From Macrostomum hystrix (taxonomy: Eukaryota > Animalia > Platyhelminthes): a DNA stretch of 64,000 nucleotides. Below the pieces are notes generated by a model. The model had not been told where the DNA came from. It searched no databases and worked only from the letters and a program-made list of their open reading frames with translations. Below are positions 1 through 13,239 of the stretch, piece after piece; the first letter of the stretch is position 1, and each line of letters starts with the position of its first letter. The stretch covers positions 2,976,001 to 3,040,000 of the forward strand of contig CATNEN010000012.1 in the NCBI GenBank assembly GCA_950097015.1. Reading direction: 5' to 3'. Both the position numbers and the translations under genes were made by a program.

Positions 1-3000
1 GATTCTGTCCCACACCCTCAGATTCTGTCCCAAACCCTCAGATTCTGTGTCCCACACCCTCAGATTCTGTCCCACACCCTCAGATTCTGTCCCACACCCT
101 CAGATTCTGTCCCACACCCTCAGATTCTGTCCCACACCCTCAGATTCTGTCCCACACCCTCAGATTCTGTCCCACACCCTCAGATTCTGTGTCCCACACC
201 CTCAGATTCTGTCCCACACCCTCAGATTCTGTCCCACACCCTCAGATTCTGTGTCCCATACCCTCAGATTCTGTGTCCCACACCCTCAGATTCTGTGTCC
301 CATATCCTCAGATTCTGTGTCCCATACCCTCAGATTCTGTGTCCCACACCCTCAGATTCTGTGTCCCATACCCTCTGATTATGTGTCCCACACCCTCAGA
401 TTCTGTGTCCCATACCCTCAGATTCTGTCCCATACCCTCAGATTCTGTGTCCCATACCCTCTGATTCTGTGTCCCATACCCTCTGATTCTGTGTCCCATA
501 CCCTATAATTCTGTGTCCCATACCCTCAGATTCTGTGTCCCATACCCTCAGATTCTGTCCCACACCCTCAGATTCTGTGTCCCATACCCTCAGATTCTGT
601 GTCCCATACCCTCTGATTCTGTGTCCCATACCCTATAATTCTGTGTCCCATACCCTCAGATTCTGTGTCCCATACCCTCTGATTCTGTGTCCCATACCCT
701 CTGATTCTGTGTCCCATACCCTCTGATTCTGTGTCCCATACCCTATAATTCTGTGTCCCATACCCTCAGATTCTGTGTCCCACACCCTCAGATTCTGTCC
801 CATACCCTCAGATTCTGTGTCCCATACCCTCTGATTCTGTGTCCCATACCCTCAGATTCTGTGTCCCACACCCTCAGATTCTGTCCCATACCCTCAGATT
901 CTGTGTCCCATACCCTCTGATTCTGTGTTCCATACCCTCAGATTCTGTGTCCCATACCCTCAGATTCTGTGTCCCATACCCTCTGATTCTGTGTCCCATA
1001 CCCTCTGATTCTGTGTCCCATACCCTCTGATTCTGTGTCCCATACCCTATAATTCTGTGTCCCATACCCTCTGATTCTGTGTCCCATACCCTCTGATTCT
1101 GTGTCCCATACCCTATAATTCTGTGTCCCATACCCTCAGATTCTGTGTCCCATACCCTCAGATTCTGTGTCCCACACCCTCAGATTCTGTCCCATACCCT
1201 CAGATTCTGTGTCCCATACCCTCTGATTCTGTGTCCCATACCCTCAGATTCTGTGTCCCATACCCTCAGATTCTGTCCCACACCCTCAGATTCTGTCCCA
1301 TACCCTCAGATTCTGTGTCCCATACCCTCTGATTCTGTGTCCCATACCCTCAGATTCTGTGTCCCACACCCTCAGATTCTGTCCCATACCCTCAGATTCT
1401 GTGTCCCATACCCTCTGATTCTGTGTCCCATACCCTCTGATTCTGTGTCCCATACCCTCAGATTCTGTGTCCCATACCCTCAGATTCTGTGTCCCATACC
1501 CTCTGATTCTGTGTCCCATACCCTATAATTCTGTGTCCCATACCCTCAGATTCTGTGTCCCATACCCTATAATTCTGTGTCCCATACCCTCAGATTCTGT
1601 GTCCCATACCCTCAGATTCTGTGTCCCACACCCTCAGATTCTGTGTCCCATACCCTCAGATTCTGTGTCCCATACCCTCAGATTCTGTGTCCCATACCCT
1701 CAGATTCTGTGTCCCACACCCTCAGATTCTGTGTCCCATACCCTCAGATTCTGTGTCCCATACCCTCTGATTCTGTGTCCCATACCCTCTGATTCTGTGT
1801 CCCATACCCTATAATTCTGTGTCCCATACCCTCAGATTCTGTGTCCCATACCCTCAGATTCTGTGTCCCACACCCTCAGATTCTGTGTCCCATACCCTCA
1901 GATTCTGTGTCCCATACCCTCTGATTCTGTCCCATACCCTCTGATTCTGTGTCCCATACCCTCTGATTCTGTGTCCCATACCCTCTGATTCTGTGTCCCA
2001 TACCCTCTGATTCTGTGTCCCATACCCTATAATTCTGTGTCCCATACCCTCAGATTCTGTGTCCCACACCCTCAGATTCTGTCCCATACCCTCAGATTCT
2101 GTGTCCCATACCCTCTGATTCTGTGTCCCATACCCTCAGATTCTGTGTCCCACACCCTCAGATTCTGTCCCATACCCTATAATTCTGTGTCCCATACCCT
2201 CTGATTCTGTGTCCCATACCCTCTGATTCTGTGTCCCATACCCTATAATTCTGTGTCCCATACCCTCAGATTCTGTGTCCCATACCCTCAGATTCTGTGT
2301 CCCACACCCTCAGATTCTGTCCCATACCCTCAGATTCTGTGTCCCATACCCTCTGATTCTGTGTCCCATACCCTCAGATTCTGTGTCCCATACCCTCAGA
2401 TTCTGTCCCACACCCTCAGATTCTGTCCCATACCCTCAGATTCTGTGTCCCATACCCTCTGATTCTGTGTCCCATACCCTCAGATTCTGTGTCCCACACC
2501 CTCAGATTCTGTCCCATACCCTCAGATTCTGGGTCCCATACCCTCTGATTCTGTGTCCCATACCCTCTGATTCTGTGTCCCATACCCTCAGATTCTGTGT
2601 CCCATACCCTCAGATTCTGTGTCCCATACCCTCTGATTCTGTGTCCCATACCCTATAATTCTGTGTCCCATACCCTCAGATTCTGTGTCCCATACCCTAT
2701 AATTCTGTGTCCCATACCCTCAGATTCTGTGTCCCATACCCTCAGATTCTGTGTCCCACACCCTCAGATTCTGTGTCCCATACCCTCAGATTCTGTGTCC
2801 CATACCCTCAGATTCTGTGTCCCATACCCTCAGATTCTGTGTCCCACACCCTCAGATTCTGTGTCCCATACCCTCAGATTCTGTGTCCCATACCCTCTGA
2901 TTCTGTGTCCCATACCCTCTGATTCTGTGTCCCATACCCTATAATTCTGTGTCCCATACCCTCAGATTCTGTGTCCCATACCCTCAGATTCTGTGTCCCA

Positions 3001-4245
3001 CACCCTCAGATTCTGTGTCCCATACCCTCAGATTCTGTGTCCCATACCCTCTGATTCTGTGTCCCATACCCTCTGATTCTGTGTCCCATACCCTCAGATT
3101 CTGTCCCATACCCTCTGATTCTGTGTCCCATACCCTCTGATTCTGTGTCCCATACCCTATAATTCTGTGTCCCATACCCTCAGATTCTGTGTCCCATACC
3201 CTCAGATTCTGTGTCCCACACCCTCAGATTCTGTCCCATACCCTCAGATTCTGTGTCCCATACCCTCTGATTCTGTGTCCCATACCCTCAGATTCTGTGT
3301 CCCATACCCTCAGATTCTGTGTCCCACACCCTCAGATTCTGTCCCATACCCTCAGATTCTGTGTCCCATACCCTCTGATTCTGTGTCCCATACCCTCAGA
3401 TTCTGTGTCCCATACCCTCAGATTCTGTGTCCCACACCCTCAGATTCTGTCCCATACCCTCAGATTCTGTGTCCCATACCCTCTGATTCTGTGTCCCATA
3501 CCCTCAGATTCTGTGTCCCATACCCTCAGATTCTGTGTCCCATACCCTCAGATTCTGTGTCCCATACCCTCAGATTCTGTGTCCCATACCCTCAGATTCT
3601 GTGTCCCATACCCTATAATTCTGTGTCCCATACCCTCAGATTCTGTGTCCCATACCCTATAATTCTGTGTCCCATACCCTCAGATTCTGTGTCCCATACC
3701 CTCAGATTCTGTGTCCCACACCCTCAGATTCTGTGTCCCATACCCTCAGATTCTGTGTCCCATACCCTCAGATTCTGTGTCCCATACCCTCAGATTCTGT
3801 GTCCCATACCCTCAGATTCTGTGTCCCACACCCTCAGATTCTGTGTCCCATACCCTCTGATTCTGTGTCCCATACCCTCTGATTCTGTGTCCCATACCCT
3901 CTGATTCTGTGTCCCATACCCTCTGATTCTGTGTCCCATACCCTCTGATTCTGTGTCCCATACCCTATAATTCTGTCCCATACCCTCAGATTCTGTGTCC
4001 CATACCCTATAATTCTGTGTCCCATACCCTCAGATTCTGTGTCCCATACCCTCAGATTCTGTGTCCCACACCCTCAGATTCTGTCCCATACCCTCAGATT
4101 CTGTGTCCCATACCCTCTGATTCTGTGTCCCATACCCTCAGATTCTGTGTCCCATACCCTCAGATTCTGTGTCCCACACCCTCAGATTCTGTCCCATACC
4201 CTCAGATTCTGTGTCCCACACCCTCAGATTCTGTGTCCCACATGT
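1..4245. repeat. 22-bp minisatellite (GATTCTGTGTCCCATACCCTCA, with 20-bp variants), truncated by window start
   Basis: Direct tandem repetition; contains a 1130-bp higher-order duplication (identical ORFs at 1123 and 2253). Confidence 0.97.
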
Positions 4246-4254
4246 ACAGTGGGA

Positions 4255-4325
4255 CATTCTGTGTCAAAACCTGTCGGAGATTTTGTGTCAAAACCTGTCG
4301 GAGATTTTGTGTCAAAACCTGTCAG
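4255..4325. repeat. 24-bp tandem repeat, about 3 copies (CTGTCGGAGATTTTGTGTCAAAAC)
   Basis: Direct repetition. Confidence 0.85.
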
Positions 4326-5439
4326 AAAATATCTAACACGCTAGTCTATAATCTATAGAACTAGTCAAATTTTTCTCACAGTCATACTTTTGTTACACAA
4401 AAATTGACGAAGGCGTGAAACTGAAACGATGTGTCTGCACAAAATGTTCACAGGTAGCTAAAATTGTGCAATACATAATTATATCCCTTACTTCAACAGT
4501 GTAGCAGTTTAACTGAGCCATTAATTCACCAATATACACTGGGTACAAATATATGTAAAGAGGCGTGTAATAGGGCCACAACATGCACAGTCCAACTGCG
4601 AACTAGCCAATATGAGATTTCCTATTTTTTCCTGTCCACCTATTCTCTCTCCTTCACTGCATGCGGCGCATAGTTGTTTAGTTGTGTTTAGTTGCTGCAA
4701 CCCCTTGTGATATAGAAAACTTCAGTATTACAGACTGTACACACAACTCACGATTTAAAATGCTTTCCTTCTCTAAATAGCATTATTTATTGCTTTCGCC
4801 TTTCGAAAGAAAACATAACCTCAAAAAGCTGGCAAGCAGCACAGTAATTATTCTCCTTGGTGGGCCCGTGTTTTGCTTATTCTCTTCAGTGAGGCTAAAA
4901 TATCGGCAAACAGTGACAGCAGTATCAGCAACAGCAGCAGCATCAGGTAAAGTTCATTCGTGAGATTTTTACCCGAATATATTTATTTTTCTCTCTTGTC
5001 ACAATTGAATATCATCTTTGCCGTTAGTCCATGGTGTGACGGAAAATACTTTGTACTTTGAAACGCAAAAAATATATGCTACCATCATCATAGTCTATGG
5101 TAGAAATGGACGACAAAGAGAACAAGCGAGCTCTCTTTCTGGGCATCTTCTTGCAGAATTGCTTTGGCATCTTCTATTCTTTTGTCTCACTGCTAAGCCC
5201 AAACTTTTCTGTCTTTACGGCAACATTGAAAGCGCTGCTCAAACAGCTCAAACAACTAAACAGCATCTTTACTCAATTCAACGCTATTTCAAGTCTTTAT
5301 GCTTTCATCCTAATATCTTTCTGCTTTAAATAAACAACTGTTCTCTATAGGATCAAAGATTCTAGTACACAATAGCGTAAAGTGCGTCTGAGAAAATTGA
5401 GACATCCGCCATCCTGCTTCTTGAGTCCTTTTAAACGGA

Positions 5440-6405
5440 GCAACCCACACCCCATGACTGATGTAGCTAATTGCCTTCCCACACTCTATGGTCGACGTGG
5501 CTAATTGCCATACCACTGCACTCTATGATCGACGTGGCTAATTGCCATTCCACACTCTATGGTTGATGTGGCTAATTTCCATTCCAAACTCCATAGTCGA
5601 TGTGGCTAATTGCCATTCCACACCCCATGATTGATGTAGCTAATTGTCATCCCAACACTCTATGGTCGATGTGGCTAATTGTCATCCCACACTCTATGGT
5701 CGATGTGGCTAGTTGCCATTCCACACCCCATGATTGATGTAGCTAATTGTCATCCCACACTATATGGTCGATGCGGCTAATTGCCATTCCACACCCCATG
5801 ATTGATGTAGCTAATTGTCATCCCACACTCTATGGTTGATGTGGCTAATTTTTATACCACACTTTATGGTCGATGTGGCTAATTGCCATTCCACACTCTA
5901 TGGTTGATGTGGCAAATTGCCATTCCACACCCCATGATTGATGTAGCAATTGTCATCCCACACTGTATGATTGATGTAGCTACTTGCCATTCCCCACTCT
6001 ATGGTTGATGTGGCTAATTGCCATTCCACACCCCATGATTGATTTAGCTAATTGTCATCCCACACTCTATGGTTGATGTGGCTAATTTTTATCCCACACT
6101 TTATGGTCGATGTGGCTAATTGCCATTCCACACTCTATGGTTGATGTGGCAAATTGCCATTCCACACTCTATGGTTGATGTGGCAAATTGCCATTCCACA
6201 CCCCATGATTGATGTAGCAATTGTCATCCCACACTCTATGGTTGATGTGGCTAATTGCCATTCCACACCCCATGATTGATGTAGCAATTGTCATCCCACA
6301 CTCTTTGATTGATGTAGCTAATTGTCATCCCACACTGGATGATTGATGTAGCTACTTGCCATTCCACACTCTATGGTGGATGTGGCTAATCGCCATACCA
6401 CAGTC
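5440..6405. repeat. 34-bp minisatellite (CCACACTCTATGGTTGATGTGGCTAATTGCCATT)
   Basis: Degenerate tandem repetition ending about 70 bp before the first PH exon. Confidence 0.92.
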
Positions 6406-6478
6406 TGTGATGGATAATGTTTATTGACGATATTAGCTCGTAATAATCCAGCGAGCCACACTGCATCTATTCCAGACA

Positions 6479-9400
6479 ATGAATCAGCAGGTGATCATTA
6501 AGGCGGGCTACCTGAAGAAGCAGACCCTGACAACTGGGCCAGCTAGTTTCCTGCGTCGTGCCACCCGTCGGTGGTTCGTCTTCCTGCTATTCGGCGGCCT
6601 GCCCTCCCTAGAATATTACGAGGACGCCAACGCGGCCACAAGCGACCCGCCAATCAACTCGTTCGATCTGCGCGGCTGCAGCCGGGTCACCAGATCGCCA
6701 GACGAGCCTAGCAGTTTTGTCATGGCCCTGGCCGATCGCATGCTCACCCTCACCGCCGACTCGGAGGCCGAGGCCGACGAATGGGCTGACACTCTGGCCA
6801 GGAATCTGGCGCACCTGGCCGCCAGGAGCAAGCCGGATAACATCTATGGCACCCTCGGGGACAGCGAAGACGACGATGATGAGGATGACGACTATCACAA
6901 TGAAAGTTGCAGGTACGGCGGAGTCCATTTTCGTGGTAATTCCTCACCCGTTCTCTGTTTTAATCCGCAACCTGTTCTCCCGGCATAATGCCTGGCCTAT
7001 TCCACGTGCTAATCTCTTTCCTGTTCTTAGTCTTAGATTCTCGTGAAATTCCACCATAGGGATTAAAAACTTGGTTGATTGACGTCAGCGTCGTCTAGAT
7101 ATTCAGCAATTCCCGTCGAAGACCAACGCGACAAGGACAACAAACATTGCGCTGTATAATCTTCTATGGCGAATCCATGTTGGTTCAACAGTACGTTAAA
7201 AGTATGTTAATAGTATGTTAATAGTATGTTAATAGTATGTTAATAGTATGTTAATAGTATGTTAATAGTATGTTAATAGTATATGTTTATTGTATGTAAG
7301 CCACATGTAGTTAACAATATAATCAATACTGTTTAATCAACAACAATGGTTAAATGATGAATTTTTGAGACCAGAAAAATACTGCCTGTATTGGTATTAT
7401 TCAACGACGAGAATCGTTGAATATCTCGCCGATGCCGATGCTTAGTGATTCTGGAAGTTGTTTCATTGGATGGAGCGGAAAATTTAAGCCCGTGTTCTAG
7501 ATTTTCATGGTGATTGGTTGAATATTTTGGGAGATACAAAAAAGATAAATGTTGATATCTGAAATTCCTCCGTGGTTTTTCCACTGTTAATCCGAGATTT
7601 TCTTATTCCCCTCGCAGCAAAAAGCATCCGGAAGTCCAGCCGCTCCCAGCTGCTCAGCCTGAGCCCGCTGATGACAGCACGGCCGACGATTTAATAGACT
7701 TCAATTCCGACGATATCGAAGGATTGAAGCTAATGGAGGCCGAAGAAGATAACAGGAAAAGGCAGACAGGGCGCGGACAAAGACCTCGCCGGCGAGGTGA
7801 AGTGCTTCGCGAGCTGCACCGTCTTGAAGATCGGATGCGGCATGAGCGGGGCGAGGCCGGCGTTCAGGACCTTCGGGACGAGCTGCAGAGCGTCTATAGC
7901 ATTTATGAGGGAGGCCAGGCGGATGGCGACGAGGTAGATGTTCATTAGGGAGGGTCACAGGTGTACATCGGATAGAGAGAATGAATGTACATTGGGGAGA
8001 GGGCATGAATGTACATTGGGGAGAGGGCATGAATGTACATTTGGGAGAGGGCATGAATGTACATTGGGGAGAGGGTATAAATCTCATTCTTGGAGTAGGT
8101 TACGTCGGGTAATGTACATAGCAAATGAACTTAAATGTACTTATCGGCAGATTAGAATTTAACATAAGGTGGGTTATACAGTACACAATGAGCAGACTAA
8201 TGAATGGATTATCTATAACCCTGTACTCAAAAAACAACATTGACCAGACCGCCGCAGAGGACTCCGACGCCAGAAACGCAGCCCAATTCGCCGAGCTGGA
8301 CGCCATGAGCGCGGAGGCCTATACTGCGCTGGAGGGCAAGTTCCGCGAGCTGGAGGACTGGGACGCCCTCACCCGGCTGCGCACGCGGCGCAACCGCTCC
8401 GCCGTCGGTGCGTTCCGCCCCAATCCGGATCCGCCTCCCTACCAGCACCTGACCAAGCCGGTTGTGGTGTCGGGATTCTTCGATAGGAAGGTCCGTGCAA
8501 AATCCTTTATTGCGAGAGATTGTGTTATTCAGCCCATGTATAATTTATCCCCTGTATATTTTTCCCACGTAAAACAAGCAAATTATACTTCAAAATAAAC
8601 CATAAGTTCCAAACTATTCTAAGTTCAAAATTATCCAAAATTAAATTATTATCCCAGATTCCAGATTATCCCACCTCCAAATTATCCCAACCTGAAAATT
8701 ATCCCAACTGAAAATTATCCCAACTGAAAATTATCCTAGATTCCAGATTATCCCACCTCCAAATTACCCCAACTGAAAATTATCCCAACTCCAAATTATC
8801 CCAACTCCAAATTATCCCAACTCCAAATTATCCCAACTCCAAATTATCCCAACTCCAAATTATCCCAACTCTCCTCCAGGCAGACATCAGCGTGGAAGAG
8901 ACTGAGGGTGGCCAGTTTGTCGTGAACACGCTGGGTCCTGGCGGGCCGCGCCTCAGCCCGCTCTGCGCCTCAGTCGAGCGGTTGAAGCGCCAGATCCTGC
9001 ATCCTGGCGGAGTTCAGCTTCACTGCATCCCGGAGGACCTGCTGAACAATGTGGCCGTAGTCCTCTGCGCTGGTCGCCTGTGGATCGCTGGCTGGAATAG
9101 GAAGGCCACCCGACTGCACGGCTGCCTGCACGTGGGCGACCAGGTAGACGGGGAAGGCCTACATAATCCTGACAGAATGGATTGCTAGCCTATTCCTTAA
9201 ATGGATTGCTAGCCTATTCCTTAAATGGATTGCTAGCCAATTCCTTAAATGGATTGCTAGCCTATTCCTTAAATGGATTGCTAGCCTATTCCTTAAATGG
9301 ATTGCTAGCCAATTCCTTAAATGGATTGCTAGCCTATTCCTTAAATGGATTGCTAGCCTATTCCTTAAATGGATTGCTAGCCTATTCCTTAGATGGATTG

Positions 9401-11520
9401 CTAGCCTATTCCTTAAATGGATTGCTAGCCTATTCCTTAGATGGATTGCTAGCCTATTCCTTAAATGGATTGCTAGCCTATTCCTTAAATGGATTGCTAG
9501 CCAATTCCTTAAATGGATTGCTAGCCTATTCCTTAAATGGATTGCTAGCCTATTCCTTAAATGGATTGCTAGCCTATTCCTTAAATGGATTGCTAGCCTA
9601 TTCCTTAAATGGATTGCTAGCCTATTCCTTAAATGGATTGCTAGCCTATTCCTTAAATGGATTGCTAGCCTATTCCTTAAATGGATTGCTAGCCTATTCC
9701 TTAAATGGATTGCTAGCCTATTCCTTAAATGGATTGCTAGCCTATTCCTTAAATGGATTGCTAGCCTATTCCTTAAATGGATTGCTAGCCTATTCCTTAA
9801 ATGGATTGCTAGCCTATTCCTTAAATGGATTGCTAGCCTATTCCTTAAATGGATTGCTAGCCTATTCCTTAAATGGATTGCTAGCCAATTCCTTAAATGG
9901 ATTGCTAGCCTATTCCTTAAATGGATTGCTAGCCTATTCCTTAAATGGATTGCTAGCCTATTCCTTAAATGGATTGCTAGCCTATTCCTTAAATGGATTG
10001 CTAGCCTATTCCTTAAATGGATTGCTAGCCTATTCCTTAGATGGATTGCTAGCCTATTCCTTAAATGGATTGCTAGCCTATTCCTTAAATGGATTGCTAG
10101 CCTATTCCTTAAATGGATTGCTAGCCTATTCCTTAAATGGATTGCTAGCCTATTCCTTAAATGGATTGCTAGCCTATTCCTTAAATGGATTGCTAGCCTA
10201 TTCCTTAAATGGATTGCTAGCCTATTCCTTAAATGGATTGCTAGCCTATTCCTTAGATGGATTGCTAGCCTATTCCTTAAATGGATTGCTAGCCTATTCC
10301 TTAAATGGATTGCTAGCCTATTCCTTAAATGGATTGCTAGCCTATTCCTTAAATGGATTGCTAGCCAATTCCTTAAATGGATTGCTAGCCTATTCCTTAA
10401 ATGGATTGCTAGCCTATTCCTTAAATGGATTGCTAGCCTATTCCTTAAATGGATTGCTAGCCTATTCCTTAAATGGATTGCTAGCCTATTCCTTAAATGG
10501 ATTGCTAGCCTATTCCTTAGATGGATTGCTAGCCTATTCCTTAAATGGATTGCTAGCCTATTCCTTAAATGGATTGCTAGCCTATTCCTTAAATGGATTG
10601 CTAGCCTATTCCTTAAATGGATTGCTAGCCTATTCCTTAGATGGATTGCTAGCCTATTCCTTAAATGGATTGCTAGCCTATTCCTTAAATGGATTGCTAG
10701 CCTATTCCATAAATGGATTGCTAGCCTATTCCTTAAATGGATTGCTAATCTATCGTAGACGAGACAAACGATTGCTACTCCATCCCTAGGAAAAAAAGCA
10801 ATGGACTGCTAATCTATCCGTTAGAAGAACCAATGGATTGCTAATCTATCCCTTCGAATTCCCGTCTCCTCAGGTGGTTGGCGTTGACGGCTTCAGGCTG
10901 GAGTCGCTGGAGCACACCAGGCGCATCCTGCAGGGCTCCTCCGGCCGCGTAGCCGTGAGACTGCGCCGGCTGCCACATGGCAAAGCCTTCTGCGTTCGAC
11001 GTCCGGATGGCCGATCGCTGGGACTCGTGACTACAGGCCAGAAAGCGGAGGTGGCTCACGTGCAGCAGGTGACTAGGGCTGGATGATTGAATTACCTGTT
11101 TGGGTCTCACGTAGAAATGACCTTGCATTAGTCCTTGACCTAATTAATATATTATCTACCCTGAATTATCAGTTATCTACCCTGAATCATCTGTTATCTA
11201 CCCTGAATAATTTATTATCTACCCTGAACCATCTGTTATCTACCCTGAATCATCATTCCCCTCAGGACGGGCTAGCGGCAGCGCACGGTCTAGCCTACCG
11301 CACAGCTGGTGTCCTTGACGACGCAAACTTCACCACCTGGACACTGACAGAGGTGAATGGCCGTCCGCTTAGTCTATGGCCAGAACCGAAGGAGGTAACA
11401 CACCGCCTGTCGGCCAATGGCACCGAGATCAGTTTGGTGGTGCAGCCCACTGATCTGGTGAGGGCGATGCGGTCACAGCTGAAAAAACTGCCCAACTACA
11501 AGCAGTTCGTTGTGGGTTAA
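6479..11520 (+). CDS. PH domain + C-terminal tandem PDZ-like adaptor protein, 7 exons, about 596 aa
   Basis: Exons 6479-6912, 7107-7190, 7618-7933, 8248-8490, 8880-9143, 10874-11068, 11266-11520 join in frame with GT-AG introns (1791 nt). PH motifs KAGYLKK..RRWFVF..LEYYED..ADEWADTL; PDZ-like LHVGDQVVGVDG and TLTEVNGRPL..ISLVVQP. Exon 2 is the least certain. Confidence 0.82.
7195..7290. repeat. 11-bp intronic repeat (GTTAATAGTAT)
   Basis: Starts within about 5 nt of the donor at 7191. Confidence 0.9.
7975..8075. repeat. 24-bp intronic repeat (GAATGTACATTGGGGAGAGGGCAT)
   Basis: About 4 tandem copies. Confidence 0.9.
8590..8870. repeat. 16-bp intronic repeat (AAATTATCCCAACTCC)
   Basis: Runs to within about 10 nt of the acceptor AG at 8878-8879. 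Confidence 0.9.
9176..10860. repeat. 24-bp intronic minisatellite (GGATTGCTAGCCTATTCCTTAAAT)
   Basis: Nearly perfect array to about 10750, then degenerate units up to the acceptor at 10873. Confidence 0.97.
11150..11255. repeat. 21-bp intronic repeat (TATCTACCCTGAATCATCTGT)
   Basis: About 5 copies ending just before the acceptor at 11265. Confidence 0.88.
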
Positions 11521-12094
11521 GCTCGCGTGAACAAAAAAAAGATTGCGCTTAGTAACGAGCGACTGAACAATAGCGAAATATACGTCCTGCTAATTTTATT
11601 TTTCAGCTACACTACGCGACGAACTTCATAAATAGTATTTATGGTTTATTAAACGTTCGCATTGTCAAATACTCGTGTTATTTAAATTTTTGCACATCAA
11701 ATTTATCCCAGTGCTAACCCTTGTGAAGGTTAGGGCAATCAGCTATTGTAAGTACTGTAACGTGTGTGGTTAATAGCCTTCATGCTTGAAATTTTGTTTA
11801 CACTAGTTACATGTAATAATGTCTTAAAACTTAAAAAAATATAATCCAAGCTATAGATATTTATTCCGGGTTTATTCCAGGAAAGAGTGTGGTCAAACAA
11901 AACGAAAAACTCCTAGACGGATCATCTATGTGCTGTAACAAAAAAACTAGTGGAAGCAGTAATGATTAAAATTTTCCTGAAAATAAGAAGCTTTTTCTAC
12001 TATGTTTACTTTCGTTTTAAAGAAATTTCCTTAAAGTTTTATTTAGGCATTCAATAAACATTTTTGGTACACAGCAGTTTGTTGATGCATCGAT

Positions 12095-12300
12095 TCCATG
12101 ATTCGGAAATTCAGTGACTCGAAAATTCGGTGATTCGGAAATTCTAAGATTCGGAAATTCTAAGATTCGGAAATTCTAAGATTCGGAAATTCTATGATTC
12201 GGAAATTCTAAGATTCTGAAATTCTAAGATTCAGAAATTCTGAAATTAAGAAATTTTAAGATTAGGAAATTCTAAGATTCTGAAATTCTAAGTTTCTGAA
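12095..12300. repeat. 16-bp repeat (ATTCGGAAATTCTAAG)
   Basis: Degenerate tandem copies. Confidence 0.88.
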
Positions 12301-12307
12301 ATGTGTA

Positions 12308-12572
12308 TTTTAGGGAATGTGCAGTTTAGGGAATGTGCAGTTTAGGGAATGTGCAGTTTAGGGAATGTGCAGTTTAGGGAATGTGCAGTTTAGGGAATGT
12401 GCAGTTTAGGGAATGTGCAGTTTAGGGAATGTGCAGTTTAGGGAATGTGCAGTTTAGGGAATGTGCAGTTTAGGGAATGTGCAGTTTAGGGAATGTGCAG
12501 TTTAGGGAATGTGCAGTTTAGGGAATGTGCAGTTTAGGGAATGTGCAGTTTAGGGAATGTGCAGTTTAGGAA
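12308..12572. repeat. 16-bp repeat (TTTAGGGAATGTGCAG)
   Basis: About 16 perfect copies. Confidence 0.95.
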
Positions 12573-12861
12573 GCCGGCTGTAGTAACAGGACAGCAGAAC
12601 AGTTTTGAAACGGGGAATTCAATGGAATTAATGTCACAGCTGCATTTATTTATTCAAAGTTCCATTGGCATCGACAAGCGTACACTTTTTTTCGAAAAGG
12701 ACAAGATATTGGCAAATTTGGTTTTGGCAAGCAACGGGTTTTTAGAAAAGAAAGGAAAAATATGAGAAAAAAAATTTAGGCACATGAAGCTGGAGATAGG
12801 ACGAAATCTTGTGAAGAGCAACTTTTCGTGATTTAATTTTCTGGTTAAGGCAACACAAAAA

Positions 12862-13203
12862 GGAGGGTCGGTGGCAGAGCGACTAACGCGTTTTCCTGCC
12901 GCACCAAGGTCCCTAAGTTCGATTCCGCTGCGAGGCCAAATTTATTTGAGGCGCAGCCGCGGAGAGAAGGCTTGGGGAGCAATTCACGCCCTTGAGGGCC
13001 AACCTCCATGGCACAGTGAGAGTGTGCACTGCCTGACGATGAGAAAGTCAGGGCAGATGTACAGCGTACAGTATCTGTGTGCGTGTGTGCTCAGGAGTCA
13101 GCGAAATGGGCAGAACTGCCTCCTCGCTGACTGCGGGTGTCTAGTGTCACCGAATGATGTGCCATTTTCCGCAACCCTCCTGCAATTATTACTATTATAA
13201 TAA
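12862..13203 (+). mobile_element. tRNA-derived SINE, family B copy 1
   Basis: A-box-like TGGCAGAGCG and B-box-like AGTTCGATTCC in the head, ATT/ACT-rich tail; similar to copies at 15661, 22890 and 44775. Confidence 0.85.
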
Positions 13204-13239
13204 CAAAAAACTAAAAGTAGTACGAGTTCAGATCAGTAT

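Noticed and set aside
47-4358. Many overlapping ORFs (SHTLRFCVPYPQILCP...)
   Set aside because: They are translations of the 22-bp array in several frames and both strands, with no coding signature.
4860-5333. Possible small exon (about 4892-4947) and 78-aa hydrophobic ORF 5097-5333
   Set aside because: No recognisable domain and no consistent splice phase to a neighbouring exon; left unannotated.
9182-10789. 535-aa (LAYSLNGL)n ORF
   Set aside because: A stop-free frame of a 24-bp unit inside a GT-AG intron, out of frame with the flanking exons.
12308-12572. TTAGGG in every unit suggesting interstitial telomere
   Set aside because: The hexamer is embedded singly in a 16-bp unit and is not tandem.
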